Positions 12,004 to 26,984 of a DNA stretch of 64,000 nt are shown here, piece by piece (the stretch's first letter is position 1; each line of letters begins with the position of its first letter). The position numbers and the translations under genes were made by a program. The notes under the pieces were generated by a model. That model was given only the letters and a program-made list of their open reading frames with translations, had not been told where the DNA came from and did no database searches. Origin of the DNA: Camelus dromedarius (lineage: Eukaryota); NCBI RefSeq assembly GCF_036321535.1, contig NC_087437.1:42410001-42474000 (forward strand). The letters are read 5' to 3'.

Positions 12004-15000
12004 CTTTTAAAACAAAATGAAACAAAACTCTTTACACCAAGAATTAAATGGTGAGGCAAAAAAACCTTTAAAATGTGTAGGATTTTATTTTTTGCTTATG
12101 CATGTGTGGCATTAAAAGGGGGTCTTACAATTAATTCAGCAAGTTGTAATTTCAAGACTCTTGGAAAGTGATTCAGTTATTACAGTGTGTCAGCTCTGTT
12201 TTAGAATTTTTTCCCCTAGAGTTTGTAACTCAGGTATGATAATTTGCTACATATAGTAAAAAATGATATGGTAGACTTTTGATGCACTTGTTTAAACATT
12301 TAAAACTTCTGTTATTTTAAAATGTTTATCAGTATGAAACTCCATTGATAAAAATAAAAACATTTTAATAATGTTTATATTCATGTAGCAGAAAATACTG
12401 CTAGTAAAGAGACACATAAGAAAATGTTTAACCTTCCAAGAGTCAAGGAATGTAAAATAATTTTCAAGGTCTTGTTTTCCCTCCAAAAAATTGTAAAGAT
12501 AGAATAGATAATGCAGATGTTAGGAAAGGTAGGTAAATAGATAGTATCCAGTTTCCTTTTATAAATGATGTTATAGTATGAATGTTTATGTAGAAAACAT
12601 TCTTTAGTAGAGATTAGTTATTTAAACATTTTTTAAAAATTACTTTGAAAACTATGTAAATGTTTTTCTACAAGAAACCATTTATTTTAACATAAATACA
12701 TATAAATATGTATTTATACATATCAAAATAAGTAAATATTATATCTAAATGTAAACAGAACACCTTGTCCTTAAAATAATTTTAAAAGCAGGATATCACC
12801 ACAAACAACTATTTAGTTATAAGTGAATGAATATATATATTATGACAACAATTATGTTTAAAACAACACAAATACAACAGCTGGAGGGAAATACACTTAA
12901 ACGTCAAATGTATTTCTGTTTGTATAAAAGAACTTCGAATAATTTTATTTTCTTTTTATTACTTTGCAATTTTCCATTTTCTTCATTTATTACTCTATAA
13001 TGTTCTAAAAATAAACTTAGAAGCAAAAAGTCACAAGGATGCAAAGGAAACTGGTACTGAAACCATCTTACACCAAATAAACCTGGACTTTTATTGAAAG
13101 TTAAGACTATTTACATGTATTTCTCTAATTTTAAAATTCTATTAATAAAACAATCCTTTATAATTTATTTGCCTCAAACAGCATATCCTAATAGAAAGTT
13201 TGGTTAGGAGTTCCTGACTTGGCTCTATCATAATAGGTAGCTCTTTCCCTATCTATGACCTAAGGAAAATTACTCATCATTGTTGACTAGTAGTTTCTTT
13301 ATCTGTAAAATAACAGTTTGGACCCAGTATCTCTAAGATTTCTTCTAGCTCCAAGAGCTACCAGTCATATGAGAATGCAATTATAAGGCTAATCGTATGC
13401 CAAAGAGACACTTTAAATAAGGCTCTAAAAATGTACTTCTATAAGAATAATAAAAGAACTGTCACAAAAAAGTAACTTACGTGGGGGAAAAACAAGGAAT
13501 CACTCAAATACAGTATTAGTTCAATAGATGATCATAATCAAATCACAGAAATATATATTTGGCAAGAAATTCTGTCATTGGGAAAAAACATGGATCATAA
13601 TTGAGCTCTTCTGGATTCATTGGTCTACAGTTATTTTTCCTGTCCTTAGGTAAAATGAATCATTCAGCTTTTGCAATACTCATGGCTAACTCATTACAAG
13701 TTACTTTAGAGTTTTAATGAATAGAATTGTAAGATCAGTTCTAAAATCAATGGTAGAGATCCAACAGGAAGTTGTATTCTTTGTACTCCTAGTAAGGAAG
13801 TAAGAATAGATTTACTTCCCTGGCTAGTCTGAAAAATACACATATTATATTGAAGGTTTTTTTAATTGTATATGATGGTTTATTTCTATCAAATGAAGGT
13901 CTCATCGATTTTAGAGATCTTTGATCATCTACCTCACAATAACTGCATCTCCCAATTTTTAAAAAATTATCTTTTATGCTATTTTTTTACTTGGTTTTAA
14001 AATATTACCCTTTTCACTCTTTCTAAGTCCATGTGTTTTGTACTTCTCAAGGCCTAATCTGACTTGATAGGAACCAAACCAGTTATCCAATTAAATTTTG
14101 TTATGAAGACCCTTGACATTCTGAAAGAAGATCCATTTCCTACACATTCCTTGCTAATAAGCAAAGTACCTCTTGACTTTTCAGGCTAAGCTTTCATTTC
14201 AGCCAGATCACAGATTACCATAACTGCTAGAATTAGTAGCAAAGTGAAGAAATTCAACACTAAACCTATCTTAAAGGCTAAAATATCCACCATAAGAATT
14301 CCTAAGTAGGAATTAATCACTGTTCAAGGTTTGGTAGTTTTCTGTCCACTTCCTGGTGAGATCATTCAATGATAAAATGAAGATACCTATGCTCCTTATT
14401 TCATCTATTTCAGTCACTAGAACTACTGTGTACTACTGTCTAGATCCTGAGAATTGTTCAATGCTCTTTCATATGTGGTTTTTTTTATTTAATTCATACA
14501 ATTCTGTGAGATTGGTAGAATATTTTTATGCAATATTATAGATGAGAAAACTAAAGCCCAAATAAGTTCAGTGATTTGCTTAACATCACAGAATAAGCAG
14601 CATCAGAAATTAAATCTAATGTTCTAATGACAAATCCTATTTTCTTAAAAACGTCATCATCCCCTAAATCCCTTCTTAAAGTGATGATGAGAAAGAGGAG
14701 AGGCAATTAGTAATCTAAATTATAAACAAAGTTATACAAAATACAAAAAAATTATAATTTTGTTTTCTAATCAAAAAACATTTTTTTTTCTTAAAGCTTT
14801 TTCTGTTTAGGATAGAATAACTTCTCTATTTTTCCTTCATAAACCAAAAATAACATTTTTTAAAGCCTTAGATTTTTTTTTTCACATTTGCAACCCTTCA
14901 AACCAGAAACATAGTTATAATATTTAGTGGTAGAATTTTTAGACATCATGTATTGTGTGCAAGAAAGGAATAAAGGTAGAAAAATACTCTAGTTGTCCCA

Positions 15001-15255
15001 GAAATGACATCTACTCCAGCTAAACTTAAAATATGGCAGTATGTTTACAAAGATGTGACTTTTCAGCCTTTAAAGGGTGGAGGGCAGACTTGTACAGTTC
15101 AGAATAATTCACTATGGGAAACAAAACACAAGAATAACACAAAAAGAAGTGCCAGTGTGCAGTGTAGTTTGAGTCAAGTACTGCAGGAGCACAGAGGTGG
15201 GAGCAATTAGTTCATCCCGTTTGAAGTTATGTGGAACAAGGCTCGGAAGGGGTGA

Positions 15256-15759
15256 TGTTAGGTAGCTTTGATAGAAACACGCACTGGGCAGGGGGAGAGG
15301 AAGGGGAAAGGAACAACCTAGAAAATGGCAGTGTGTCTGCATTCAGGAAAAGGGACTCCAGAAATTTTTACTTCCTATAAATGAGGGCCAGTAGAAGAAG
15401 CCAGTTAAAATCAAAGTGCTGCAGCTGCACATGGGAAGGGGACCTGGTATAACCTGACCCAATGAACCTGACCAAAAGGGGATGGGCGTGCCAGAGGGCA
15501 GGGAACCTGAGTTGTCAATCAATCAATCAATCAATCACGAAACCAGGATATAAAAACAGGAAAAACAAAGGAATGGCGGCATTTTTCCTCTCTTGGATTG
15601 GCCCGCTCCCAATTCTCGGGAGTGTACTATATTTTACTATTTTCTTTTACTTCACTAATACAAATCTTGCTTATATCACACTTTCTGTCTCTTGTCAAAA
15701 ATCTTTTTTTCAGGTAACTAAGAACCAAGGTAATTCTTATTTCCCTTTTCCTGGTAACA
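15256..15759 (+). mobile_element. Solo ERV LTR (~500 bp)
   Basis: TGTTA...TAACA inverted termini; (TCAA)n at 15515-15536; TATAAAA 15549-15555; R/U5-like ctcgggagtgtact...cttcactaataca. TSD not recognisable. Confidence 0.72.
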
Positions 15760-16874
15760 AAGTAAGTGGGCCCCATCCCCTGTGGGAGTCAGGGGAGATG
15801 TGAATGATTCTGATCTCCTCAACCAGAGACCACAGGAGCACATACAAGCTCTATCAAGCTGTTCAGGGACAGTCAGCCACCCTGGGGTCACTTTATTATG
15901 AGAGAGGAACAGAGGCACCGAGTACTGATCCAGAGTCCTGAGACAGGCAGGAAGCTCCCTGCTGACTTGTGACCTTGACTGAATATCATCTGCCTCAGTT
16001 TTCCCACTTGCAAAGGTGGAATCTGCTAAAGTCCCTTCTCAGCCCAGCATTATTGTGGAGATCAAACTAGATAACAGGTGTGAGATCCCTTGTCAATCAG
16101 ATTATTCTGCGCAGATGTGAGGGCACCCAGCCAGTGGCCTCATCTCTCTCAAAGCCTTGTTTGCATACTCTATCTGGGAGAAGCCTCCCTTAGCAGAATT
16201 AATTCCTATTCTGAATTCTCTGACTCATTCCCCCTTTTACATGTGGCCCTCCCCTCTTTGAGGTCAGGGTCCAGATTATATCTGTGACATTCAACATACA
16301 ACACAGCCACAGACACAATAAAGGTAGAAGAAGTAGCAAATTCTGCCAGTCCTTCCCTTCCCACCCTCATCCATCACCCATGACAATTCCCTGAGGCATA
16401 CTTTCAATAACCTCATTTCACAAATGGGAAGCTGGGGCTGAAAATGACATGGTCACTCAGTCACTCAGATAATACATGGCTGAGCTGGGATTTGAACCCA
16501 GGTCTGACTGCACAGCCATGCTTAGTTTCACTCCACTGCACTGACTGCTGAGTCACTAAACCTGACTATTTCAACAAACAGAATCTGGTTGGCACCACCT
16601 TTGGGAATGGAGTGGCTCCGATGGACATGGTTGCAGTGGAGCACTTACAAACATGGCTCTCTATTCAAATCACAGCTCCACCAATGACCTAACTGTGAGA
16701 TAAACTCTAAACCTCAGTCTCCTCATATGACACATGGGAATATAATAATGCCCATGTCATAGGATGGTTGGGAGAATAATCTGAGAGAATGCAAGCAAAA
16801 GTATGCTGTAAATTGTAAAGGACGATATACATTACAAGGATTGATCCAATGATGATAATTATTACAACTAAATA

Positions 16875-17199
16875 ATTAACAGAAAACTTAATTTAATTGA
16901 GTTGGGAAGTCAGAAGAGGGAGCCCTCACACCCTGCAACAATGGCAGAGCCCAAAAGGAAGAAAGACTCCTTTCCTGCCAAGGATGCAGCCAATGAAAGG
17001 CCATGGACTCTTTGTTTACAGAGCCCTCCCAAATTTCCATTCCCTTCTATAAAAGAGTTCTCCTTCTAGTGCTATGCAAAGACTTCCCGTAGCTTACCAT
17101 GGCTGTAGAAACGGAATTGCGATTCTCTGCTGATCCTGAATAAAATCATCTCTTTTTTGCTGGAGAAATAACTAGCAGTCTATTTGTTTTAGGTCAACA
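16875..17199 (+). mobile_element. Solo ERV LTR (~320 bp)
   Basis: Ordered CCAAT 16990-16994, TATAAAA 17048-17054, AATAAA 17139-17144, ending ...ggtcaaca; 5' boundary approximate. Confidence 0.72.
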
Positions 17200-20100
17200 A
17201 GAATGACAGTATGACTGGCACAGTGGGCAAAGTTGTTTTGTAACAGTAACCACTGGCCTGAGACCCCATTCACATCAGTTCTGAGGTGATATGACCCTTC
17301 TGTAGGGAACACTGAATGCCCTGTGGACACCCATATTAAGCAGTGACAAACTCTAAGTAACTTCCTGCTGGGGCCTAGCTCTAAAATCTGTTTCTCTTGC
17401 CAATCCTGGCCCTTTTTGCAGCCCAATACTCAGGGGCACAGGAGGAAACCATGACATATCATACTGATAGGATCTCCCACAGCAAGTTAAAGCCTCTCCA
17501 AAGAGGAGGTAGGAACCTGCCCTTGATGAACCAGTGAACAGAGATTCTTTTGTAAGGCACTGTCTGAAACTGTGTAGCTTGCTTATTTATTTGTTTGTTT
17601 GTTTGTTTTTATTTATAACATTGTTAATTTTTACTGATCATTTGAACAAAAGAGTATTCTTTTTAAATAAAGTTATAACCAGAGACTGGAGGGAGGGTGG
17701 TGCAGAGAGCCATTTGGCCCTGAAGTCACACCCACAATCAACCTCAAAGATGAACTTAAAATTGTTATTTCCAAATGAGGTTGGTGAATGAATACAGAAC
17801 TATTCCAGCAGGCTGGGAGGGTGATGGTCCCCATAAAACTTTAAGCTTGGGTCTTACCCCCTTAGTATGCAGAGTGGACCATGGTTTCTTGGGTGTATTA
17901 AATCTATTACTTTGTTAAATAAAATTTTTTTTTCTAAAAAATTCTTTCCTACAACTGTATGCCTCCTGGTAGATTAATATCTAATGTTTTTAAACACCTC
18001 TAGAGATTTGGCAACTTGATGTTTAGGATTAATCAATTTAACAGGAAAACTCTTCTCTTAAGACTAACCAAAATCTCTGTTGATTCAGTTTAAACTTGTT
18101 AGTACAAATGTTTAATCCTATATGGTCTCAGATACTAAATAAATATTTATCATTCACTTTCTAAGTGCAACCCTTCATAAACTTGAAGAAGGTAACCTGG
18201 GGTGCTGCAAAGCTATCCTTGGTCCAAAGTGTGCAAATTTGCCTTCCTCATGTTAGATTATCCTGCCCCATTTGGATCCTTGGACTCCAATGCATGACTC
18301 AGAGTCAGCCTTACCCTTTGGCAAGAGAAGAGGGCAGCAAATACATCATGAAGGGCTTTGACTGTCAAGGTCTAGCTTAAGCTTTATACTGACCTGAAGG
18401 CTAAGGAAACTGAAATAGTCTAATGGAAGGTAAATTACATAATCAGATCAACATTTTTAAAAAGATCATTCTGATAACATATGTCTGCTGTAGTAGGTAG
18501 GGCAGGATGAAGGTCAGGATATTAGCCTGGAAGCCTCACTTCCACGGTCTGCGTGAGAAGAGCTTAGACCCTGCAGAAGACAGCAGCAGAAGGAGTGGAA
18601 ATAACTGGACAGATTTTAGAGGGGTACAATACACAGGACTGCTGTGCTGTTTTAACCTGGTAAAAGGGAGGAATGGAAGATGACTTCAAAGTTTCTAGAG
18701 TCATGGGGAATTTGGTAGATGGCACCATTCACTTAAGAAATACAGCAGAAGAAGGTCTGTGTAGGATAATATTGAGTTCAGTTTGGGGCTTACTGAAGTT
18801 TGAGAAACTGAGACTTCCAAAAGGAGATTCAACGTATAGGTGTGGATCTCAGGAGTGAGATCTTAGCTGGAATACAGATATGAATACTTAAAACATTAAC
18901 AGTGTGAATAGCACTGGTAAAGTCATGTAATACTTTGTTAAAATTTAATGACAATTCTCATTTATACAGATTCTTGATAAATATATTTAGGGAAATTATA
19001 GATACAGAAAAAAGACAAGGGAAAAAAGGAGGAATAATAGGAAGGAAAGTAGGGGATAAAGAGGAAGTGTTGGAGAGAAAGAGAATAAAAAGAAATTTTT
19101 TTTAATTTTAAATTTTCATTATATTTCATGTTTAAAAGGTGAATCATCTGTCTCTTCATATGCCTTATAGTGAATATGTTTGGGGGCATATGAATGTGAC
19201 ATTATTCCAAAGAAAACCTGCATAAGCATCATAGTGGGCATTTTGTATATCTGTGGCCTCTTAGAAGCTTTTAAATGTTCTAAACATTGGTAATTTATCA
19301 CATTGTGAATCCTAGGTCTGCAAGCTGGAAGCTATGAATGTCACCTTTCCAGTCTCTCTCACATCTCAGATACGCAGTATGTGCTCTAGATTTTGCCATT
19401 AGCAGCACCCACAGAATGCCTTTCACTCAAAAGAGCATCATGAGGAGTCTAGCTGAGAGGCACAGAGCTCTCAGTGGTATCAAAGGTGAAGACTGCTGGT
19501 GGTGTCTGTGCACCTTGATCCCAGAGGCACTGGAGACAGTCTCAGGGTGGCTTTTGGTACTGCCTCAAGAAGCTTTAGCCTTTGAGAATGATTGGCCCTC
19601 TTCTGTTAAAACTAGCTAGACTGAGTTGGTTCTGTTTATAACAGAAAGTCCAGATAAAACCATTTATAGAGTAAATTCATAATTATGATGAGTTTTAATA
19701 TTTTATAAACCCAGCTCATTAATATATGTGAATTCCTAAAGGTAGAGGCTAGCCAATGGTGGCACATCCATTGGATATAAAGGAATTACAACTTAGTTGC
19801 ATTTTTTCTTTCTCCCTCTTTCTATCCATCTACAGATTCATACCATCACATTTCTAGAATATAATGAATGAACAAAATAAAAATATATTCTGAACCTGAT
19901 ATAAAATTTTTTGTCCATGTTTCCCAAGAAGACACAAATAAACATAATGCTGAGTCATGTCTAAGAATTTATAGAATTGCAGAACAGAGTTGTGAAAGGC
20001 AGTGAAATGTATGAGCAAGAGCACTGGCATCTAGTCCTAGTTCAGTGATGAACTAACCATGTGATCCTGGACTCTCTGACCTAGTTTCCTCCTCTGTAAA

Positions 20101-20975
20101 TGGTAGGGTTGTGTTAATGACAATAGCTACTATTTACTGAGCACATACTTTGCTTGTCACTGATAGAAGAGTGATAAGTAATATTACTACCTCAGGCTAA
20201 GAGAGGAGATAGGAGATAAGTAACTTGCCCAAAGTCACAGGCAATGGCAGAGATGGACTATGGATTTTGATATATTGCTACCAAAGCTTTACTCCCTGAC
20301 ATTTATTAGGCAATCTGTTGTGTTTCTTTCACTTATACCCCTGTAAATAAATGTGTATTATTTTATAAATCTAGATAAGAATTTCAAGGAAGATGTCAGC
20401 TGACTTCACAAGCAACATTATACATTTTGATTTTTAAGCATCTTAAAGCTACATGAGATTTCTTGGTAGGCTTAATATCCTGTTAACTCCTGTTGAAACT
20501 GACTCAGAAAGAGAAAGAGCCATGAGTCTTGGCTGCCGAGGGAATGATTAATGATGAATGTGTGTTTGAAATGGCATGATGATAAGGCAGAGACCTTGGG
20601 CGGGGTGGTGGTGGGGGATCTGCAACAACAATGAGAGACCAGCAAGCAAAGTGGTGGCAGGAGCAGCAGCTGTGGAATAGAATTAAAATCCCTGATGGTT
20701 ATGGAGCAGCAAGAATACAATCGGCAACTGCAAAGAGGTCCCAGCATCGTCACTGTCATCATCAGAGACACCTATGGAGTGTTTCTATGTACCACACAGT
20801 GTTATAAGTATTTTATATACATTATTTTAGTTAATCTTTTTTGGTTAATATTTTTCCACTTTTACTATGGATAAATGTGTATATTTTTTATAAGTGATCT
20901 CATATAATATTAAGCTTTTGTCGCCTGCTTTTGGAATTTCATGTATCTTAAATACCTTCCCTTATCTTTGAAAAC

Positions 20976-21197
20976 AAAGCTTCTCAAACTGTCTGTGAAG
21001 GACTAGGGTTTTTTCCAATCCTTTCAGACCAATATTTTGTTAAGTTACTCTGCTCATGCACTTGAATGTCACAGCAATATTAAATTGCTATTAAAGTTTC
21101 TAAATGCTTACTTACAATTTCTGTATTTATCTCCTTGTGAGTTGGTAACAGCTTATAGACTGGTTCTGAGCTACAGATCACACTTTGAGCATCAGTG
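20976..21197. mobile_element. hAT-Charlie MITE (MER106-like)
   Basis: Termini caaagcttctcaaact... and ...cacactttgagcatcagtg resemble Charlie terminal inverted repeats. Confidence 0.6.
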
Positions 21198-24100
21198 TTT
21201 CAAAATGCCTAAAATTACTGCACAGCATGAAGAAAAACCAATTTGATAACCAATCCCGTTGGGGGTATAAGATAGTGCTTTTCAATGGCAGTCACTACAT
21301 TCAGTGGCTCTACTAATTTTACTGCTTTGAGAAACAAGTCAAGCTCTGATGTAAATATACTATACCTTTGTTATAAAATCAACTCCCCATAGCATGTTAC
21401 CTATCATAGAAACTTGCACTTCAACTTAACTTTGTATTATTCTTTTACATCTAATCAGTTATCAGCAAGACTTCAATTCTGTTTACCCTGCCTTTGATAT
21501 TTGCCTTCTTTTTTATTGCCATCATCCTTGTTCAGGACCCTAGAATCATGATTCCTGAACTATTAAAAAGGTTGTCTTATCTCCTTGCCATCAGCATCTT
21601 TTCTTTCTCTTTTTCCCCATTTAAAAAAAATGAAGTGAGCAGAGACTGATATAAGATATCCTCCAGTTCTAATATCCATGTTTTATCCCCTGCTGTTTTT
21701 ATTGACTCTGACTCTGCTCTGCCCAAAATACCTTATCTGAAATTTCACATTAGAGTCTTTGCTACAAAAATAATTATGAGCAGTAAGTACAGCCTGCAGA
21801 TTGGCAGCTAAGATTTGAAAGATACAACCAGGCCCAACATGCTGACAATCCAGAAACTCTAACCTTGGCCACCCTACATTGGTATTTTCTACTTCTTAAT
21901 TTGGAACTATAACCCTCAAGGTAATGAATATTTCTGTTACTTTAGCAAGGCAACTCCTAAGAGTAATGAGAAATAGTGATGAGAGTAGTATAGAAATAAT
22001 GAAAAGCATAAATTTTAATCCGTAGTATTAATATTTTTAACTGCTTGAAGTAGAAAAGTAGTGTTTTATAATCAATATAATTTGTGCTTTTTAGTTCTAT
22101 AAGTATGTACATATTATTTAAGAAGACCTGATATACCAGACATGATTTTTAACTAATATGAAATGTTGATTATATGTTTCAATGTTTCATTAAGTAAATA
22201 ATCAATGTTTAAATTTAATTTGTTTTGATTTAGTATCTCATAATAACTCATGTTTAAATAATTAGTAAATTAGCATTAAACAAAGTACATATAAGAGGGA
22301 GGGTTCCTTTCCATGAAAAGCTCCATGACACTGAAGATCCCTTCAGCACTCCCCCTTTGCCCTTAAGGAAGTAGGCCATTTTGTGTTTCAGAATACTGGC
22401 GAGAAGAAGGAGAGAGAGAAGATAGAGACCAGGTCCCTGAGGTGAAGATGGACTCTGGTCTGACTTTCAGGGCATTTTTCCTGAAGCATGGTGGAGGCAG
22501 CTCTGAGAGGGATGAATCCCAGACCCACTCCAGGAGAAGGAAGAATCGAGGCAGCTGCTGAGTTAGGGCAGCCTGGGGATGCCTGGGGACTGACACCAAC
22601 TGTCATGATTTGGGGAATAACAAATACTCTTGTTCAAGCATGGGATAAAAGGAGTAGACGTGGCTGCCTGTAAATAGTTTATGCTGGCATCAATAATTAA
22701 CACCTCAGAGGTAATCAAAAAGGACTGAAGACCAGACCAGGTAATCAAAACGGACTTCCTTTCCCACAAATGTTCTGGACTGTATACGATGACCGAGATG
22801 GTTCATGATCCTAGAGAGGGGTGGAGACCCCCTGCCTTATTTGCATTCTCCTATAAAATCAGCTAAACAAGATGGATTAAATTAATCCTGATAAGTAGCA
22901 AGCTTATACAGGCATATATAATTTAGAACAGTAAAGAAAATGATGATTTTTTGGACCCAAGATTGTGAAGTAGATTCATGTTATTTACAGATACAGTGGA
23001 GCCCAGTGTACTTTGACTCAGCCTGAGCTATTTGTGACTCATGGGAAAGGAAAACCACCGTGGGATCCCTGCTTCCTGGCAGAATGTGTCCACATTTGAG
23101 AGGAGATACAGAAAAGGACCACCAAGTGAAGCAGGTGGAGGTAAAGCCCAGTAATGTGGTACGCCAGAGATGGTAAATAGCCCTTCATTTCTATGGCCTA
23201 GGAAACAAAGCCTATGCTTAAATCCCCATCTCCTGGTTCAAGAGGAGGAACCAACAGGAAAACTTTTCTGTCTTGAGGAATTCTAAAGTATATTCAAGAA
23301 ATCAAGCCAGACCTTGCTTAAGACAGTACAAAGTCTGTTTTACTAAAAACTTTTTTTGCTATGATAATCTTGTGATAGTCAAACACATATTTGATTTTTC
23401 TTAGGAACCTAAGATAGTAATATAGTAAATATATTCATTACAATTCTAACAAAATAATGGAATAGGCTAATAGACTGGAAACTCAAGCTTTGTTTTGTTT
23501 TAAGATTAACACTACTACTTGTAAAGTTTATGAGTAATGATTTAATATCTAATTAGATATTATTAAAACTTCAGATAAATATACGAATTGTGGTTTCAAC
23601 CTTAAGGTATTCCAGAAGTTTCCAGAAAATGGTTCTTTTAAATTATGGTCCTTATTTTCATAGCATGAAAACATATTTTTACTTTCTGCTTGGGGGGTAG
23701 TTGGTAAAAGACCTTGAATGTTCATGGCAAAGTGCTTGGATATGCTATTGTTAACAGGAAGTCAAAGGTTTAATATGGAAAATGGCACAATTAGGGCTGA
23801 TTTATTTTCCCAAGTTTTAAATTATGAAAGTAATCCATGTTTATAATTTAAAAAATTAAACAATACAGAAGTTCTGTCTAGAGGTATCTACTATATGAAA
23901 AGATATTACCTTTTAATTTTACATTGGTTTTCTCAGGAGCAGCGATTTAATATATATCAATTCATTGGTCAGTCCTATTTATAAAAAAAGTAAAGAAAAC
24001 AAACAAAAAAGGATTTTCATTAGGAAAATGAAATAATGTAATTTGAAAATATTGATAAACATCTCAACTCTATGATATACATTACAGTTCCATTTAATCT

Positions 24101-25159
24101 TCAAAAAGAGGAGCATGCAAAATGTTAATAAAAAATTAAAAGAAATTATGCTTAATGAAGGAGAAAATAGCCTAATATTTTAATAGCCTCTATAAAATAA
24201 GTTCAACTATGTGTGAAAGAGAAGGTAAAAATAATGAGAGAGAAAGCATTAGTTCTTTTTTTTTTCATATCTGTGACTATATCAAGCATCACAACTGTCA
24301 TGTTAGTATGCATTAGGGAAACATTTTTCTACTTTTATACATATTAATGTAAAATTAACTCTCTATTATGAATGGTTAGAATGCTATATGGACTTGTGAA
24401 CTCTAGGTGTATAAAAAGGAAAGCAGTATGGTGGAATGGGGATTGTCTAGATAGATCTCACTAAACTCTGAGCTCTATGATGGCAAAGTCTGCACCATTT
24501 TGTTCCATAACTTTATCCTCAATGCCTAGCAGTGCCTAGTGTATAACAAGAACTTAATAAATATTTGTCAAATACGTAATAATAGTAATAGCTAGCACTG
24601 ACTGAGTGCTTTCTATGTGTCACTATTCTAAACACTAAAATTATTTTACACAATTCTCACAAAAATCACACTACTTCATAGGATACACATTATATTCACC
24701 ATAGGGCAAAGGTTAAGAACTTCTGAAATTACACAATTGCCTGAATTTTAGGTTTCCTCTGATTCACCTCTATTGTCCAAAATATGGAAATTTTTCCCTG
24801 TCTGTGGTTCTCTGGTCTTTAGCATCTTACACACTATTTACTTGGCCCCTAATGCTTGCTAGAATTTCAGTAGCTTAGTCACCACAGGTTTAAAACTTCT
24901 CCTGGGTCCCAGTGCCTTTGAGCTCATATCCTGTAAGTTCTGAATTCCTGCACTAACATCACTCTTTTGCTCTACTTCTGCCCCAGGATTTAGTAAAGGT
25001 ATTGTATTCACAGTCAATATACCACAACCACAGGAAAAAAGAAGAAAACTGGGGAGTCTATAGGTCAATTTACATGAATAAAAAAGTATAAATTTTGGGA
25101 ACAACCAAAGAAAAACTTTCAAAGGTCTGAAAAGTCTTCTTTTCTTATTTTGGAATGTA

Positions 25160-26650
25160 TCTCTAAAAGATAAGATCTCTTTAAAGCTTATAACTACAAT
25201 ACCATTATCACACTCAAAAATAAATACAATTCCTCAATATCATCAAATACCCAGTTTGCATTCACATTTCTATGATATTCTCATATTTTAAATAAATTTT
25301 TATTGAATCTTTCCCCTAACAGTTTATTATGAAAATTTACATACAGCAAAGTTGAAATAATTTTACAGTGAACACCTATTTACAGACCACCTAGATGATA
25401 CCAATAATGTTTTTACTATTTCTAGTTTTATCATATATCTCTCTCTCTAACTACCCATCAATTCATCTATTTTTTTAAACACATTTCAAAGTAAATAACA
25501 GACATCAGTACAATTTCCCTTAAATAATTCAACATGTACAACATTAACTGGAGTACAATCTTTGTTTACTTTTCCTTTTGACGTAAACTTTCCAAACAAT
25601 AAAACGCACAAATCTAAAGTATATATTGTGTTTTGGCCAATGCATACATCTGTAATGCAAACTGCTATCAAAATACAGAGTATTATCATTGCCATCATGC
25701 CCCTTCCCATGTATTCCCTATCTCCATTTCCTAACAGACAACGCTGTTTTGATTTTCTTCCCATTATTTGACTACTGTTGAACCTTATATAAATAACCTT
25801 ACTCGTTTGTCTGAGGCTTTTTTCCGCTCAGCATAATGTTTTTGGGAATCATCTGCATCGTTGTGGAAATCAGTGAGTCATCCCTTTTTTCTTGCTGAAT
25901 AATATTCCTTTGTATGAATATACCACAGTTTATATTCTCTGATGGACATCTGGGCTGTTTCCAGATTTGGGGTATTATGAATAAAGGTGCTACAAAGATT
26001 CTTACACAAGCTATTTTTGTGGTCAGATATATAGATTTTTCTGGAGTATTAATGTCATAGGGTAGGTGTATACTTGGTTTTATAGGAAACTGTCAAATAT
26101 TTTCCCAAAGAGGTTGTAGTTTTTTACATCCACCAATGATGAGGGTTCTGATTCTCTCACATCCTCACCAACATTTGGAGTTCTCAATCTTTTTAATTTT
26201 AGCCATTCTTGTGAGTGTATACAGTTATCTCATTTTGTTGTTAATTTGCATATCCCTGATGACTAATGACATTGAACATTTTTTCATGTATGTATTGGTC
26301 ATTACTACTCGTTTATATTCTTTCGTAATGTGTCTGTTCAAATCTTCCAGATTTAATTATGTTTTTAATCATGATCCAAATAAAATCTATATCTTGTGTT
26401 TGGTTACATGTCTCTTAAACCTAATCTATTGATTACCCCTTTATTGCTCATTTTCCCCTTGCAGTTATTTGTTGAAGAAACAAGATTTTTGTGTAGAGTT
26501 TCTGCAAGTCTAGATCTTGCTGATTATATACTTGTGCTGTAATTTATCATGTTTCTCTGTTCTTTGTATTTCCAAAAAAATCAGATCTAGAGATTAATTA
26601 GATTCAAATTTGAAAAGTTTTTTTTGCATGGCTTCATAGATGGGTGTGAA
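25160..26650 (-). mobile_element. Old L1M 3' fragments (nested)
   Basis: Typical antisense L1 3' sequence (gatggacatctgggctgtttccag; taatttgcatatccctgatgactaatgac). Confidence 0.75.
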
Positions 26651-26984
26651 TATCTATTAGGAGTATATCTCATTTTCTTGTTTTATAAATGAATGATTTG
26701 TTCCTTCGAATTCAGTGGTTTTCAAATTCTGTGTTCCACAAGAATTAAAATTTCTGTAGTCTCTATGAAGGCAAATCATGGCTTCTTTTGGAAATTAATT
26801 CAGCTTGGCATTTATCTGTTTTATGTACTAGAGTTCACTGTGATATTTCATTTAAAGAAATATTTTAAAAGCTTGAAAACAGTGGATAAACTATGAACTA
26901 AATTTTCATTATATTACATAGGTAATATTTAGAAATATTTGTCTCCTTTCTTCCTTCTTTTCATTCTTTTTTCTTTCATTTATT

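Noticed and set aside
15256..17199. Two LTRs as ends of one provirus
   Set aside because: The LTRs differ in sequence and length; the interior is MIR-like or unique with no PBS or gag/pol remnants.
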